From an uncultured Gammaproteobacteria bacterium (lineage in GTDB: Bacteria; Pseudomonadota; Gammaproteobacteria; UBA9214): a stretch of DNA of 64,000 bases. Below, piece by piece: positions 35,559 to 45,360 of the stretch. The stretch spans positions 1 through 64,000 of the forward strand of contig CAVYZN010000019.1 in the NCBI GenBank assembly GCA_963773065.1. The letters are read 5' to 3'. How positions within the stretch are numbered: position 1 is the stretch's first letter; each line of letters starts with the position of its first letter. The notes beneath the pieces were generated by a model, which saw only the letters and a list, made by a program, of their open reading frames with translations, made no database searches and was not told where the DNA came from. The position numbers were made by a program, and so were the translations under genes.

Positions 35559-36464
35559 ATGGCAGTTACGCCCCACGCAGCGCCGATAACACCGCCGCCC
35601 TCTCCGCTCAAGGAGATCGGGGTGAACCTCATCGACAATCCGCGCCTGTGGCTGGAGGGTGCGCTGCGCGAGTTGACGGTGGCTCTCAAGACTTTTCTGC
35701 CCCACCTGCTGGAGGCGCTGGCGCTGCTCGTCATCGGCTGGCTGGCGGCTTTCATCGTGCGTTGGCTGGTGCACCGTTTCGGCAAGGGACTGGACGTGAT
35801 CCTGTCCGTCGTCCACCGCTGGCTCGGCCAGGAGGTCACCCGCGCGCGCTGGTCGGTCTCGAACCTGGTCGGCAACGTCGCCTTCTGGATAACGCTCACC
35901 TACGCCGTGAGCGCCGCCGCGGAGCAGCTCGGCCTCATCACCTTCGCCAACTGGGTGCTGGGACTGCTGGGTTACCTGCCGAAGGTGCTGATCAGCGCCT
36001 TCATCCTGTTCATCGGCTACCTGATCAGCAGCGGCATACGCAACATGATCGTGGCGGTCGCCGACTCCAGCGGTTTTCAGCATGGACTCTCGCTCGGTCA
36101 CCTGGTGGCGGGGCTTATCCTCGCCTTCGCGCTGCTGCTCGGGCTGAATCAGCTCGGGCTCGATGTGAGCCTGTTCGCCAACATCATCATTCTGGCGGCG
36201 GCGGCGCTCTTCGGCAGCGCCGCGATTGCCTTCGGCATCGGCGCCGCGGATGCGGTGCGTAACGTCATGGCATCGCACTATGTGCGCAAGGTCTATCGAC
36301 CCGGACTGCGGGTGCGCGTGCAGGGGCTGGAGGGCGAGATTCTGGAGATGACCCAGGTGGCGGTGATGGTGGAGACCGCGGAGGGAGAGGCATGGATCCC
36401 GGCGCGCGCCTTTCTGGAAACCGTGTCATTGATCATCGAGGAACAGGAACCCGGCCGTGCTTGA
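35559..36464 (+). CDS. MscS-like small-conductance mechanosensitive channel (TM-helix repeat type)
   Basis: LLGYLPKVLISAFIL, AIAFGIGAADAVRNVMA, short C-terminal beta domain. Confidence 0.75.
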   Translation: MAVTPHAAPITPPPSPLKEIGVNLIDNPRLWLEGALRELTVALKTFLPHLLEALALLVIGWLAAFIVRWLVHRFGKGLDVILSVVHRWLGQEVTRARWSVSNLVGNVAFWITLTYAVSAAAEQLGLITFANWVLGLLGYLPKVLISAFILFIGYLISSGIRNMIVAVADSSGFQHGLSLGHLVAGLILAFALLLGLNQLGLDVSLFANIIILAAAALFGSAAIAFGIGAADAVRNVMASHYVRKVYRPGLRVRVQGLEGEILEMTQVAVMVETAEGEAWIPARAFLETVSLIIEEQEPGRA

Positions 36465-37290
36465 CGCGCTCACCAAAGGTTACCTCACCCTGCACCCGGC
36501 CGCCGCGGCCCGCACCCTGGCGCGCCTCGATGGCCGCGACCTCAAGGCCATCTTCCAGGCCATGCCGCGCCCACTGGCGGCCAGCGTGCTGGTACACATG
36601 ACGCCGGTTGCGTCCGCCCGCTGCCTCGGCCAACTGCAGACCAAGGCGGCGGCCGAGATACTCGGGCGCATTCCGTCGCTGTCGGCCGTGGCGGTGCTGC
36701 GCCTGATGAACGCCGAGCAGGTAAAAGGCCTGTTCTCGGCCATGCCGCGTCCGGCCGCGGCCCGGCTGCGCCTGCGCCTGCGCTACCCGGAAACGATGAT
36801 CGGTTCTTACGTCGATGCGGATGCGCTGACCCTCAACCTGGACCAGCGCGTGGGCGACGCGCTGCGTCTGGTGCGCCGCGTCGGGCAGCGCACGGGACAC
36901 ACGCTTTGCGTGCTGGACGAACAACGCCGTCTGGCGGGCGTGGTTGACCTGCGCGACCTGCTCGGCGAGCGCGACCGCAGCAAGATCCAGCGGGTGCTGC
37001 GCCCGGCGCCCGTGGTGCTGAACGCACGCGCCGCGCTGCAGACGGTCGCCAACCATCCCGCCTGGTTGACCCACGACAGCCTGCCGGTGGTCAACCGTGA
37101 GGGCCTGTACCAGGGTGTGCTGGCGCGCGCGAAGGTGATGACGGAAGAACAGCATCTGCTCACCGAGGTGGCGGAGCGCAACGAGCTTTCCGCCACCCGC
37201 ACCGCGCTGGCGGACATCTTCTGGCTGGGCGTGGCGGCGCTGTTCACCGGCAACCCCGGCGCGAGCGCACACCACAAGACGGAAGACTGA
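36457..37290 (+). CDS. MgtE N-terminal + CBS domain protein without membrane domain
   Basis: Helical repeats, LRYPETMIGSY, VLDEQRRLAGVVDLRDL, LPVVNREG. Confidence 0.75.
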   Translation: MLDALTKGYLTLHPAAAARTLARLDGRDLKAIFQAMPRPLAASVLVHMTPVASARCLGQLQTKAAAEILGRIPSLSAVAVLRLMNAEQVKGLFSAMPRPAAARLRLRLRYPETMIGSYVDADALTLNLDQRVGDALRLVRRVGQRTGHTLCVLDEQRRLAGVVDLRDLLGERDRSKIQRVLRPAPVVLNARAALQTVANHPAWLTHDSLPVVNREGLYQGVLARAKVMTEEQHLLTEVAERNELSATRTALADIFWLGVAALFTGNPGASAHHKTED

Positions 37291-37291
37291 C

Positions 37292-38599
37292 ATGAAACCG
37301 GGGATCGACAACGCCATCCATGTCCTGCAACGGGACCTCATCGAAGACCACCCGGACGACGCCGTGCAGTTGCTGGAACGACTGCCGCCCGCGGACATCG
37401 CGGACGTCCTGTCCAGGCACCCCATCACGGTGACCGCGCGTGTCTGGGAACGGCTGTCCCCGGATGTCGGCTGGCGCGCCATCGATACCCTGGCGGAAGC
37501 CCGGGCGACGGAGGTGCTGCGCCACATGGGTACTCCCCGTGCGGCGGCGCTCCTCTCCATGGGTGATCCGCAGTCCCGCGAGACGCATCTGGCAAGGCTG
37601 CCGGCGGCGACCGCGGAGGAGCTGCGCGCCATTCTTTCCTATCCGGCCGACAGCGCGGGCGCCCTGATGGACCCGCGGGTGCTGCTGCTGCGCCCCGACA
37701 CCACGGTGAATGAAGCCCTCGCCCGCATCCGCGCGCTGCGCCGGCGCGGCGTGCGCATGCTCTTCGTGGTGAACGCCGACAATCGTCTCGAGGGAGAGGT
37801 GGACATCCAGGACATCGCGACCGCGAGCACGACGACGCGGCTCGATGAGATCCAGCGCCCGGTGCGGGCGGTGGTCGGCGCGGTGGCGCCGCGCGAGGAG
37901 GTGGTGGATATCCTGGAGCGCTACCGCCTCACCGACCTGCCGGTGGTGGACACAGAAGAGCGCCTTATCGGCGTGGTCCGCTACCGCAACCTCATGGCCG
38001 CCGCCGAGGACGAGGCCACCGTGGCCATGCAAACGATGGTGGGCGTCAGCAAAGACGAACGCGCCCTGTCGAAGGTGTCCTTTGCCGTGCGCAAACGCCT
38101 CCCGTGGCTGCAAATAAACCTGGCCACCGCCTTCCTGGCCGCCTCCGTCGTCGGGCTGTTCGAGGGCACCATCGCCAAATACACCGCGCTGGCGGTGCTC
38201 ATGCCGGTCGTGGCCGGACAATCCGGGAACACCGGCGCCCAGGCGCTCGCCGTCACCATGCGCGGCCTGGCGCTGCGCGAGATCCGCGTCCAGCACTGGC
38301 CGCGGGTCATCTTCAAGGAAATGTCCACCGGTTTCTTGAATGGCATCGCCGTCGCCGCCACCACCGCGCTCGGGGTCTGGGTGTGGAGCGGGTCCCCCGG
38401 CCTGGCGGGGATCATCGGCGTCTCCATGATCCTCTCCATGGTCATCGCCGGCATCTTCGGCGCGGCCATCCCGCTGCTGATGACGGCAATCGGCCAGGAC
38501 CCCGCCCAATCCTCGACCATCGTGCTGACCACGGTGACCGACGTGACCGGGTTCTTCAGTTTCCTCGGCATCGCCACACTGTTCTCGGGCCTGCTGTAA
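37292..38599 (+). CDS. mgtE: Magnesium transporter MgtE
   Basis: YPADSAGALM, CBS pair, RLPWL, MPVVAGQSGNTGAQ, DPA, TTVTD. Confidence 0.93.
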   Translation: MKPGIDNAIHVLQRDLIEDHPDDAVQLLERLPPADIADVLSRHPITVTARVWERLSPDVGWRAIDTLAEARATEVLRHMGTPRAAALLSMGDPQSRETHLARLPAATAEELRAILSYPADSAGALMDPRVLLLRPDTTVNEALARIRALRRRGVRMLFVVNADNRLEGEVDIQDIATASTTTRLDEIQRPVRAVVGAVAPREEVVDILERYRLTDLPVVDTEERLIGVVRYRNLMAAAEDEATVAMQTMVGVSKDERALSKVSFAVRKRLPWLQINLATAFLAASVVGLFEGTIAKYTALAVLMPVVAGQSGNTGAQALAVTMRGLALREIRVQHWPRVIFKEMSTGFLNGIAVAATTALGVWVWSGSPGLAGIIGVSMILSMVIAGIFGAAIPLLMTAIGQDPAQSSTIVLTTVTDVTGFFSFLGIATLFSGLL

Positions 38600-38689
38600 C
38601 GCACGCGGCGGTTCGCGGTGAGGGCGCAGTGGATTCCCGCGGAATGGGTGGGTTATGCTTTCCCAGTCAGCTCCAGGAGTCTGCGGGCC

Positions 38690-38980
38690 ATGCGATTGTC
38701 AGTGACGGAACGGCGCGAAATCCGCGCAGCGGCGTCGAAATATTTCGGCGCCGAGGTATATCTTTTCGGCTCGCGCCTGGATGACACCCGCCGCGGTGGC
38801 GATATCGACCTTTATATCGAAACATCGCTCGACGACGGCAGCGCCGCACGCGCGAAGATCGCCATGCTGGGGTATCTCTATCATCGCATCGGCGAGCGCA
38901 AGATCGACATCGTCGTCAATAACGGACGCGGCGATTTGCCCATCTACCGACTCGCCCGGCAAAGCGGGGAACGCCTGTGA
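38690..38980 (+). CDS. Minimal nucleotidyltransferase (MNT antitoxin)
   Basis: VYLFGSR...GGDIDL, KIDIV. Confidence 0.85.
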   Translation: MRLSVTERREIRAAASKYFGAEVYLFGSRLDDTRRGGDIDLYIETSLDDGSAARAKIAMLGYLYHRIGERKIDIVVNNGRGDLPIYRLARQSGERL

Positions 38981-39425
38981 CGCCGAAGCTGCGTGCGGTG
39001 ATCGAGGAATGTGGCCGGCATGTGCGTTACATGAACTACGCCCGGTCGCGACTGCCGCGCTCGGTAAGCGAAGCGCACTTCGCCGATTCCCGTGACGAGT
39101 TTATCGCGGCGCTGGATCAGTTCGCGTTCCGGTTATCCGGTTTCAGGATGCGCTGGGATGGGGAGCGCTGCGGCTCGTGCTCGTCGAGGTGTTTCGCGAG
39201 CCATTGGAAGATGCGCCGTTCCGCGATGTCCTTGACCGGCTGGAGAAACTCGGCGTGAATCCAGACGCCCAACGATGGGAGGAGAGCCGGGCCATCCGCA
39301 ACATGTTTACCCATGACTACCCCGAGACACCGGCCGCCAAGGCGGCGTCCCTCAATGCGGCCCTGGACATGGCGGACGAGCTGGAACGGATCTATCTGAG
39401 CATCAAGGCGAGAAGTGACGGCTGA
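38977..39425 (+). CDS. HEPN toxin partner of MNT (frameshift near 39140)
   Basis: LDQFAFR, RNMFTHDY (Rx4H); GTGA overlap with MNT. Confidence 0.8.
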
Positions 39426-39519
39426 ATCCTGGGGACAGCGTCGCGTTCGCGACCAAGGCCGCTCCGGAAAAATTCCCGATTTTCCGTGCTGACCTCAAGG
39501 AGGCGACCTGAGGTGAGTG

Positions 39520-39592
39520 ACGGCGACAACATCGCCCGGAGCGACTGCGGCCGGCGAGCCTCCAGGGACGGATTTACGGCGAGTCCCGCTCG
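39520..39592. repeat. Intergenic repeat resembling the gammaproteobacterial GCCGTAAAT-CATCC-GGCTC family
   Basis: Minus strand reads CTCGCCGTAAATCCGTCCCTGGAGGCTCG between convergent genes; single copy in this window, recognised from memory. Confidence 0.4.
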
Positions 39593-39609
39593 ACCCCTCC
39601 TGCCCTGTG

Positions 39610-41385
39610 TCAGAACCTCCAGACGAAGGGCACGATGGCGAGCGTCACCGCGGCCATCAGCAGGTTGAGCGGTATCCCCACCCTGAAGTAGTCGGTGAAG
39701 CGGTAACCGCCGGGGCCGTACACCATCAGATTGCACTGGTAGCCGATGGGCGTGGAGAAGCTCGCCGAGGCGGCCATCATGATCGCGATGGCGAACGGCA
39801 TGAAACTCACGCCGAGGCTCTCGCTGGTCGAGAGCGCGATGGGGAACATCAGCACGGCGGCGGCGTTGTTGGTGATGAGCTCGGTGAACAGCATGGTCAC
39901 TAGGTAGACGACGGCGAGCGTGCCCCACGGGCCGCCCTGCGCCAGCGCGATCAGGTTCTCCGCGATGAACTGCGCCGCGCCGGTCTTCTCCAGGGCGAAA
40001 CCCAGGCCGAAAGAGGCGGCGATGGCGATGAGCACCTGCCAGTCCACCGCGGCCCGGGCCGCCCCGCCGCTGATGCACCGGGTCGCCAGCATGAGTCCGG
40101 CCGCCACCAGCGCGCCCTGCAGCATCGAGACCCATGAGGCGCTTACCGCAACGACCATCCCCGCCAGGATCACCAGGGCCGCCAGGGCCCGGTCATGGCG
40201 CAGCGGGTGGGCGTTCTCCAGACGGCTCACCAGGTAGAAGTCCCGCGAGTTGCGCTGGCGCTCGACGAACGAGGGATCGGCCTCGAGCAGCAGCGTGTCG
40301 CCCGGGCGCAGCACGATGTCCCCGATCTTCTTCTGCAAGCGTTCGCCGTTGCGTGCCACCGCGATGACAGCGGCATTGTAAATATTGCGAAAGCGACCCT
40401 CGCGGATGCTCTTGCCGACCAGGGGTCCGCTGTCGGAGACCACGGCCTCGACGAGTGATCTTTCCGGGCGCGGGAGTCCCAGCTTGAACACCTGATCGGT
40501 GGCCGGCACCAGCCCGCGGAACCGCTGCAGATCCACCACGGAATCGAGGATGCCGGCGAACACCAGCCGGTCGTTGGCCTTCAGCCGGTGATGCGGGGCG
40601 ATGGCGGGGAACACATCGCCGTCGCGTTCGATCTCCACCAGATACATGCCCGGGAGGTGGCGCAGCCCTGCCTCCTCGACGCTCTTGCCTACCAGGGGAC
40701 TGGCCGGCTGCACCAGCATCTCGACCGTATAGCGGCGCGGGTCGTCCTGGGGATCCATCACCGGGCGGCGGTCCGGCAGCAGCCAGCGTCCGAGCAGCAC
40801 GATGTAGGCGATGCCGATGAGCGCAGACGGCAGGCCCACCCAGGTGATGTCGAACATGCCGAGCCCCGGGAGATTGGTGCGGCTGAGCAGCAGGCCGTTG
40901 ACGACCAGGTTGGTGCTGGTCCCGATGAGCGTGCAGGTGCCGCCGAGGATCGCGGCATAGCTTAAGGGGATGAGGAGCTTCGACACCGGCAGGCGGTTCT
41001 GGCGCGCCCAGTCGATCACGGCAGGCAGGAACATGGCCACCACCGGGGTGTTGTTCAGAAAACCGCTCACCGCCGCCACCGGGGCCATGAGCCGCAGTTG
41101 GGCGTGCAACAGATTCCGGGGCCGGCCGAGCACCCACTGGACCAGCCAGGCGACGGCGCCGGTCTCCCGCAGGCCGGCGGCGATCACGTACAGCACGGCG
41201 ACCGTCACCATGCCCTCGTTGGATAAGCCCGCGAGGGCCTCCTGGGGGGAGATCACCCCGGTGATGAGCAGCAGCGTCACCCCCGCCACCAGCACCACAT
41301 CGGCGGCGAACCGGGTGAACACGAGCAGCCCGATCACCATCGCCACCACGGCCAGAGCGATCCATGCATCCAGGGTCATCAGCAC
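39610..41385 (-). CDS. SLC13 family permease with two TrkA-C domains
   Basis: SGFLNNTPVVA, GTCTLIGTSTNL, TELITNNAAA, TPIGYQCNLMVYGPGGYRF. Confidence 0.92.
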   Translation of the reverse strand: MLMTLDAWIALAVVAMVIGLLVFTRFAADVVLVAGVTLLLITGVISPQEALAGLSNEGMVTVAVLYVIAAGLRETGAVAWLVQWVLGRPRNLLHAQLRLMAPVAAVSGFLNNTPVVAMFLPAVIDWARQNRLPVSKLLIPLSYAAILGGTCTLIGTSTNLVVNGLLLSRTNLPGLGMFDITWVGLPSALIGIAYIVLLGRWLLPDRRPVMDPQDDPRRYTVEMLVQPASPLVGKSVEEAGLRHLPGMYLVEIERDGDVFPAIAPHHRLKANDRLVFAGILDSVVDLQRFRGLVPATDQVFKLGLPRPERSLVEAVVSDSGPLVGKSIREGRFRNIYNAAVIAVARNGERLQKKIGDIVLRPGDTLLLEADPSFVERQRNSRDFYLVSRLENAHPLRHDRALAALVILAGMVVAVSASWVSMLQGALVAAGLMLATRCISGGAARAAVDWQVLIAIAASFGLGFALEKTGAAQFIAENLIALAQGGPWGTLAVVYLVTMLFTELITNNAAAVLMFPIALSTSESLGVSFMPFAIAIMMAASASFSTPIGYQCNLMVYGPGGYRFTDYFRVGIPLNLLMAAVTLAIVPFVWRF

Positions 41386-41454
41386 ACTCCTCTACCGGTA
41401 CCGGTCCGCCGGGCGGATCGGGCTCAGCCCAGCGGGGCGGCAGTATACGCCGGC

Positions 41455-41555
41455 GGGTCCGTTCAGGCCATGCGGGACGACGCGCGACGGGAGGAGAGAA
41501 CCCAACAGCGAGCCCGCTGTTGGGCGCTCCGGTTGAACGGCGGGTTCGGCGTCTC
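41455..41555 (-). other. Degenerate attC-like site after hicA
   Basis: GCCGAAC just after the stop, CCGTTCA/TGAACGG arms, internal hairpin CCCAACAGCG/CGCTGTTGGG; no clear final GTT. Confidence 0.6.
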
Positions 41556-41556
41556 C

Positions 41557-41769
41557 CTAGAGGAGTGCGCGGAACTGCTCGACGGTGAGCCCGGCATCAC
41601 GAACCAGACCGCCCATCGTGAATGCGTTGATTGGATTGTGACGCGGGACAGTGAGGATCCGCTGGCCATTGGTCATCACGATATGCTTGCTCTGGCGGGC
41701 AACCCAAAACCCTGCCTTTTCGAAGGCGCGCACTGCATCGAGATGATTGATGCCTGGGATCTTGGGCAA
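41557..41769 (-). CDS. hicA: HicA toxin
   Basis: AVRAFEKAGF..RQSKHIVM...VPRH. Confidence 0.9.
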   Translation of the reverse strand: MPKIPGINHLDAVRAFEKAGFWVARQSKHIVMTNGQRILTVPRHNPINAFTMGGLVRDAGLTVEQFRALL

Positions 41770-41772
41770 AGG

Positions 41773-41970
41773 CTACACCGTTATCTCGACTTCCCGAATC
41801 CCTTCACCCTTTAGCTGCTCGTCAACCACAGCCAGGTACTCTCGGATCGCATCCCGAATGTTTTCCAGAGCTTCTGCCTCGGTAGCACCCTGAGACCAAC
41901 AGCCCGGCAATCCCGGCACGGAGACGCTATAGCCTTCGTCAGATTCGTGAATCGCAATCTTGTACTTCAT
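41773..41970 (-). CDS. hicB: HicB antitoxin (short form)
   Basis: YSVSVPGLPGCWSQGATEAEALENIRDAI. Confidence 0.92.
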   Translation of the reverse strand: MKYKIAIHESDEGYSVSVPGLPGCWSQGATEAEALENIRDAIREYLAVVDEQLKGEGIREVEITV

Positions 41971-42153
41971 GGGTACCTCCTCTGGCAGTATAGCTCGCCC
42001 ACCCGCGAGACGCCGAACGCCCAGGTTCAGCGGCGCGGCGCAGCTAACAGGTGCAAGGGGTCAGACCCCTTGATCGGACTTCTCCACGGTATTCAGCGCC
42101 AGTTTCCCAACGCCCAGCTTCGGTCCTCCGAAGCACCGGGGAGATATCCCGGG

Positions 42154-42684
42154 TTAAGACACGTTACCTTCACTGCATAGACGGACCAGCCCCACGAGCG
42201 CGGCCTTGATCATGGCGTAAACGGCGCCGCCCACAAACGGCACGCGCTCGGCGTTGCAACTGCCGATCATGATGATGCGCCCGCCCGTCTTCATGTGCTT
42301 GACGGCAGTCTGCGTGGCGACGAACACGGCGCGCAGGTTGATAGCCAACGCACGATCGAAGTCTTCCAGGCGATAGTCGTCGATGGGGGCCATTACACCA
42401 ATGCCGGCGTTGTTCACCAGGATGTCGATGCCGCCCAACTCCGCTACCGTTTGCTCCACGGCGGCAATCACCGCCTTGGCATCCGCGCTGTCGGCCTGGA
42501 TGGCGATCGCCGGCACGCCGAACGCTTGCGCCGCCTTTGCCGTTTCGTTGGCCTGATCGGACCTGCCAACATAGGTCAGCGCGACGTGGGCGCCTTCGCG
42601 TGCGAGACGCTTGACGATCGCAGCGCCGATGCCGTGGCTGCCGCCGGTGACCAGCGCCCGCTTGTTTTCGAGTGGTCGATCCAT
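42154..42684 (-). pseudogene. SDR oxidoreductase, 3'-truncated
   Basis: TGGSHGIG, NNAG, YAMIK (YxxxK); similarity ends at LVGLVR. Confidence 0.85.
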
Positions 42685-42745
42685 ACTGTTCCTAATACAA
42701 CTTCAGTTTAGCAGTTTGACCCGCATTGCAAGGCGTTTTCCACAG

Positions 42746-42813
42746 CTTGAACGTACCGCCTGAGCGGCGGCGCGACAACGCCGCGCGATGGAATGGTCAG
42801 GCGATGGTTGGCA
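42746..42813 (-). other. attC-like site after GNAT gene
   Basis: GCCAAC-CATCGCCTGA...TCAGGCGGTAC-GTT imperfect palindrome starting a few bases after the stop. Confidence 0.6.
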
Positions 42814-42815
42814 CA

Positions 42816-43373
42816 TTACCTTAGCTTCATCTGCATGACATGGCGCCGCGTGCCTGCCCGCCCGACCTCGCAAAAGCCAGCCTTCTCGAAAACGGGCACG
42901 AACCCCATGAAACGGTAACTCGGAGAATCCGGATCCACGGGGTATGCCTCGACAATCGAGGCGCCGTGCGCTCGGGCATGCTCGACGGCGGCCTTGATGA
43001 TGCGTTGCGTAATCCCTTGACCTCGCAGCCTTCGCAGCACGAAGAAACACGCAATCGACCAGATGCCGTCGTCATTGCTGTCAGCGACGAGTCGCCGATA
43101 GGTGGACCGCGGGGCCACCGAGCACCATGCCACAGGCTCACCATCCAGGTATCCGAGCAGTCCAATCGGGAGTCCCGCAGATACCCGTTTCGCGATAGCC
43201 GCCTTGCGGCTCGCGCCGTCCTTGTGCTTCGCCTCAGCAGGCGTCGCTCTCCAGAGCATGCACCAGCACGCCTTCGGCCCCCCGCGACTTTCGAACAGAC
43301 GCTCGAAGTCCGCCCACCGCCGGGAATTCACCTCGTGAAACGCGAGACGGTCGAGTTCAGCGTGATCAGTCAT
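42816..43373 (-). CDS. GNAT acetyltransferase
   Basis: CWCMLWR, WSIACFFV...RGQGIT, VEAYPV; bounded by GTTGGC/GCCAAC. Confidence 0.88.
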   Translation of the reverse strand: MTDHAELDRLAFHEVNSRRWADFERLFESRGGPKACWCMLWRATPAEAKHKDGASRKAAIAKRVSAGLPIGLLGYLDGEPVAWCSVAPRSTYRRLVADSNDDGIWSIACFFVLRRLRGQGITQRIIKAAVEHARAHGASIVEAYPVDPDSPSYRFMGFVPVFEKAGFCEVGRAGTRRHVMQMKLR

Positions 43374-43423
43374 CCGATGCTCAAGCCAACGAGTCTAAAG
43401 TGCGTACGCCATAATTGCGTAAA

Positions 43424-43595
43424 GGGGGACACGTTTTCGTGTGATCGCTGAAATTCGTACTGCCACAAATGATAATCACTTCTTGGGTAACGAACGCTTC
43501 AAGGCAGAAGTGTCCCGCATGCTGCAACGACGTGTCACTCCCGGAAAAGCCAGAAGACTTACAAAGCCAGAGTATAAACGTGGTCTGTCCCCCAT
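43424..43595 (+). mobile_element. Remnant (C-terminus) of a Y1/REP-associated-type tyrosine transposase
   Basis: IAEIRTATNDNHFLGNERFKAEVSRMLQRRVTPGKARR; bounded by inverted GGGGACACGTTT / AAACGTGGTCTGTCCCC. Confidence 0.65.
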
Positions 43596-43638
43596 TCTTA
43601 TGCCGCAATATCAGCGCACTTTGAAGCCGGCGCGCGGC

Positions 43639-45276
43639 CTAAAGTTTGATCTGGCGAATCGCAGCTTTGACACCCGGCACCAGCGGCGGCGCGACGCTGA
43701 GGGTACGGAGGCCCAGCTCCAACAAGGAAGGAAGGGCACTCAACTGTCGTGCCAGTTCGCCGCACAACGCGACAGGCACTTGGCCGGCCTCTTCGACAAT
43801 GATGCGCAGCAACCGCAAAACCGACGGGTGATCCTCCTGGAAATAATCGTTCACCAGTGGGTTCTCCCGCCCGGCCGCCATCGTGTATTGGGTCAGATCG
43901 TTCGTGCCGATACTGAGAAAATCGGCATGCGCCTTGATCTCGGCCACGCTTAACGCGGCAGCCGGAGTTTCGATCATGGCTCCAAGAGGTGGAAGTTTTT
44001 CCCGACCGATGCCGTTCGCCACCGCTGCCAAACGGCTGCGGACCTGCACCATTTCGTCAGCCAGTGTCACCATCGGCACCATGATGCGCACATCGTGATC
44101 CTGCGAGAATTGCCCAAGGGCTTGCAACTGCGTATCGAGCAGGTCCGGATACCGCAGGAGCAAACGCACGCCGCGCTGGCCGAGGAACGGATTGTCTTCG
44201 GGCGGGAGTTTCAGAAATGGCAACGGTTTGTCCCCGCCCAGATCCAGCAGGCGCACGGTGATTGGCTTTCCCTTCATGGGCGCGAAGGTCGCCCGCAACT
44301 CGGCCAGCAGCTCGGCTGCAGACGGCGGAGTTTTACGCGACAGATAAAACTGTTCGAGCCGATACAGCCCGACGCCCTCCGCACCATTGTCGGCGGCCGC
44401 GCTCACGTCTTCGCGGCAGCCCACGTTGGCCAGCACGCTGACGGCGGTGCCATCCAGCGTTTGCGCGGGTTGGCGGGCAGATTCCATGACCTGAATGGTT
44501 CTGCACTGCGCACTCCGGATTTCTTCGGTGTAGGTCGTTTGGGTGGCCGCGTTGGGATTGATCAACACTTCGCCGCGGAAACCATCCACGATCAACACAT
44601 CCTCGTCGGCAACTTTCTCCGTCACCTTCGCGACTTGGGCCACGGTCGGAATTCCCAACGCTTCCGCCAACAACGCGGCGTGCGATCCCGGTCCGCCAAA
44701 CTCCACGACGATCCCTACCACCGAGCGGCGCGGCAGCGCCACCGTGTCGGAGGGTAACAGCCGCCGCGCGACCAGCACACGGCCCGGCGGCATTTTTTCC
44801 AACGGCGTGGTTTTGACGCCTGCCATTTCCCGCAACAACCGCCGTCTCAAATCCGCCACGTCGTCCGCGTGTTGCTGGTGCGTCTGCTCAGATATCTCGC
44901 GAAATTTGCGTTCCCAGCGGCGGAATACGCGGGTCAACGCTTGCGCTCCGCAAATCAATTCTTCCTCCACCACTTCGTGGATTTCCCGGCGCAAATCCGG
45001 ATCCTCAAGCATCGCTTCGTGCGCCTCAAAAATCGCCGCCAGCTTCGTGTTGGTGTCGGTTTCGATGCGGCGGGAGGAAACACGTAAATCCTCGCCCACC
45101 GTTCTCATCGCGCGTTCGAGGCATTGAAGTTCATCCCCGACTTGGTGCTGTTCGATGTCGTAAGTCCCCGCGAGCGCCTCAAGTCGTTCCCTGTGGTAAA
45201 CAAACGCTGGACCTATCACCAATCCCGGCGAAATGGTGCGCCCGACGATTTTAATGTTGCTGTTCTGTTCAGTCAT
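43639..45276 (-). CDS. ptsI: Phosphoenolpyruvate-protein phosphotransferase (PTS enzyme I)
   Basis: IFEAH, GSHAALLA (phospho-His), RLLDLGGDK, NPFLGQRGVR, MIETPAA, SIGTNDLTQY, CGE. Confidence 0.92.
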   Translation of the reverse strand: MTEQNSNIKIVGRTISPGLVIGPAFVYHRERLEALAGTYDIEQHQVGDELQCLERAMRTVGEDLRVSSRRIETDTNTKLAAIFEAHEAMLEDPDLRREIHEVVEEELICGAQALTRVFRRWERKFREISEQTHQQHADDVADLRRRLLREMAGVKTTPLEKMPPGRVLVARRLLPSDTVALPRRSVVGIVVEFGGPGSHAALLAEALGIPTVAQVAKVTEKVADEDVLIVDGFRGEVLINPNAATQTTYTEEIRSAQCRTIQVMESARQPAQTLDGTAVSVLANVGCREDVSAAADNGAEGVGLYRLEQFYLSRKTPPSAAELLAELRATFAPMKGKPITVRLLDLGGDKPLPFLKLPPEDNPFLGQRGVRLLLRYPDLLDTQLQALGQFSQDHDVRIMVPMVTLADEMVQVRSRLAAVANGIGREKLPPLGAMIETPAAALSVAEIKAHADFLSIGTNDLTQYTMAAGRENPLVNDYFQEDHPSVLRLLRIIVEEAGQVPVALCGELARQLSALPSLLELGLRTLSVAPPLVPGVKAAIRQIKL

Positions 45277-45360
45277 TTGAATGACTTGAGCTTCCCCTTG
45301 GTTTTTACAGCGAGAGACTTCGACTCAATAGTGACATGGCGATTCAGGCATTACACAAGC

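Noticed and set aside
38618-39430. MNT-HEPN pair as an integron cassette
   Set aside because: No complementary GTT/AAC borders or attC hairpin found; treated as an ordinary TA module
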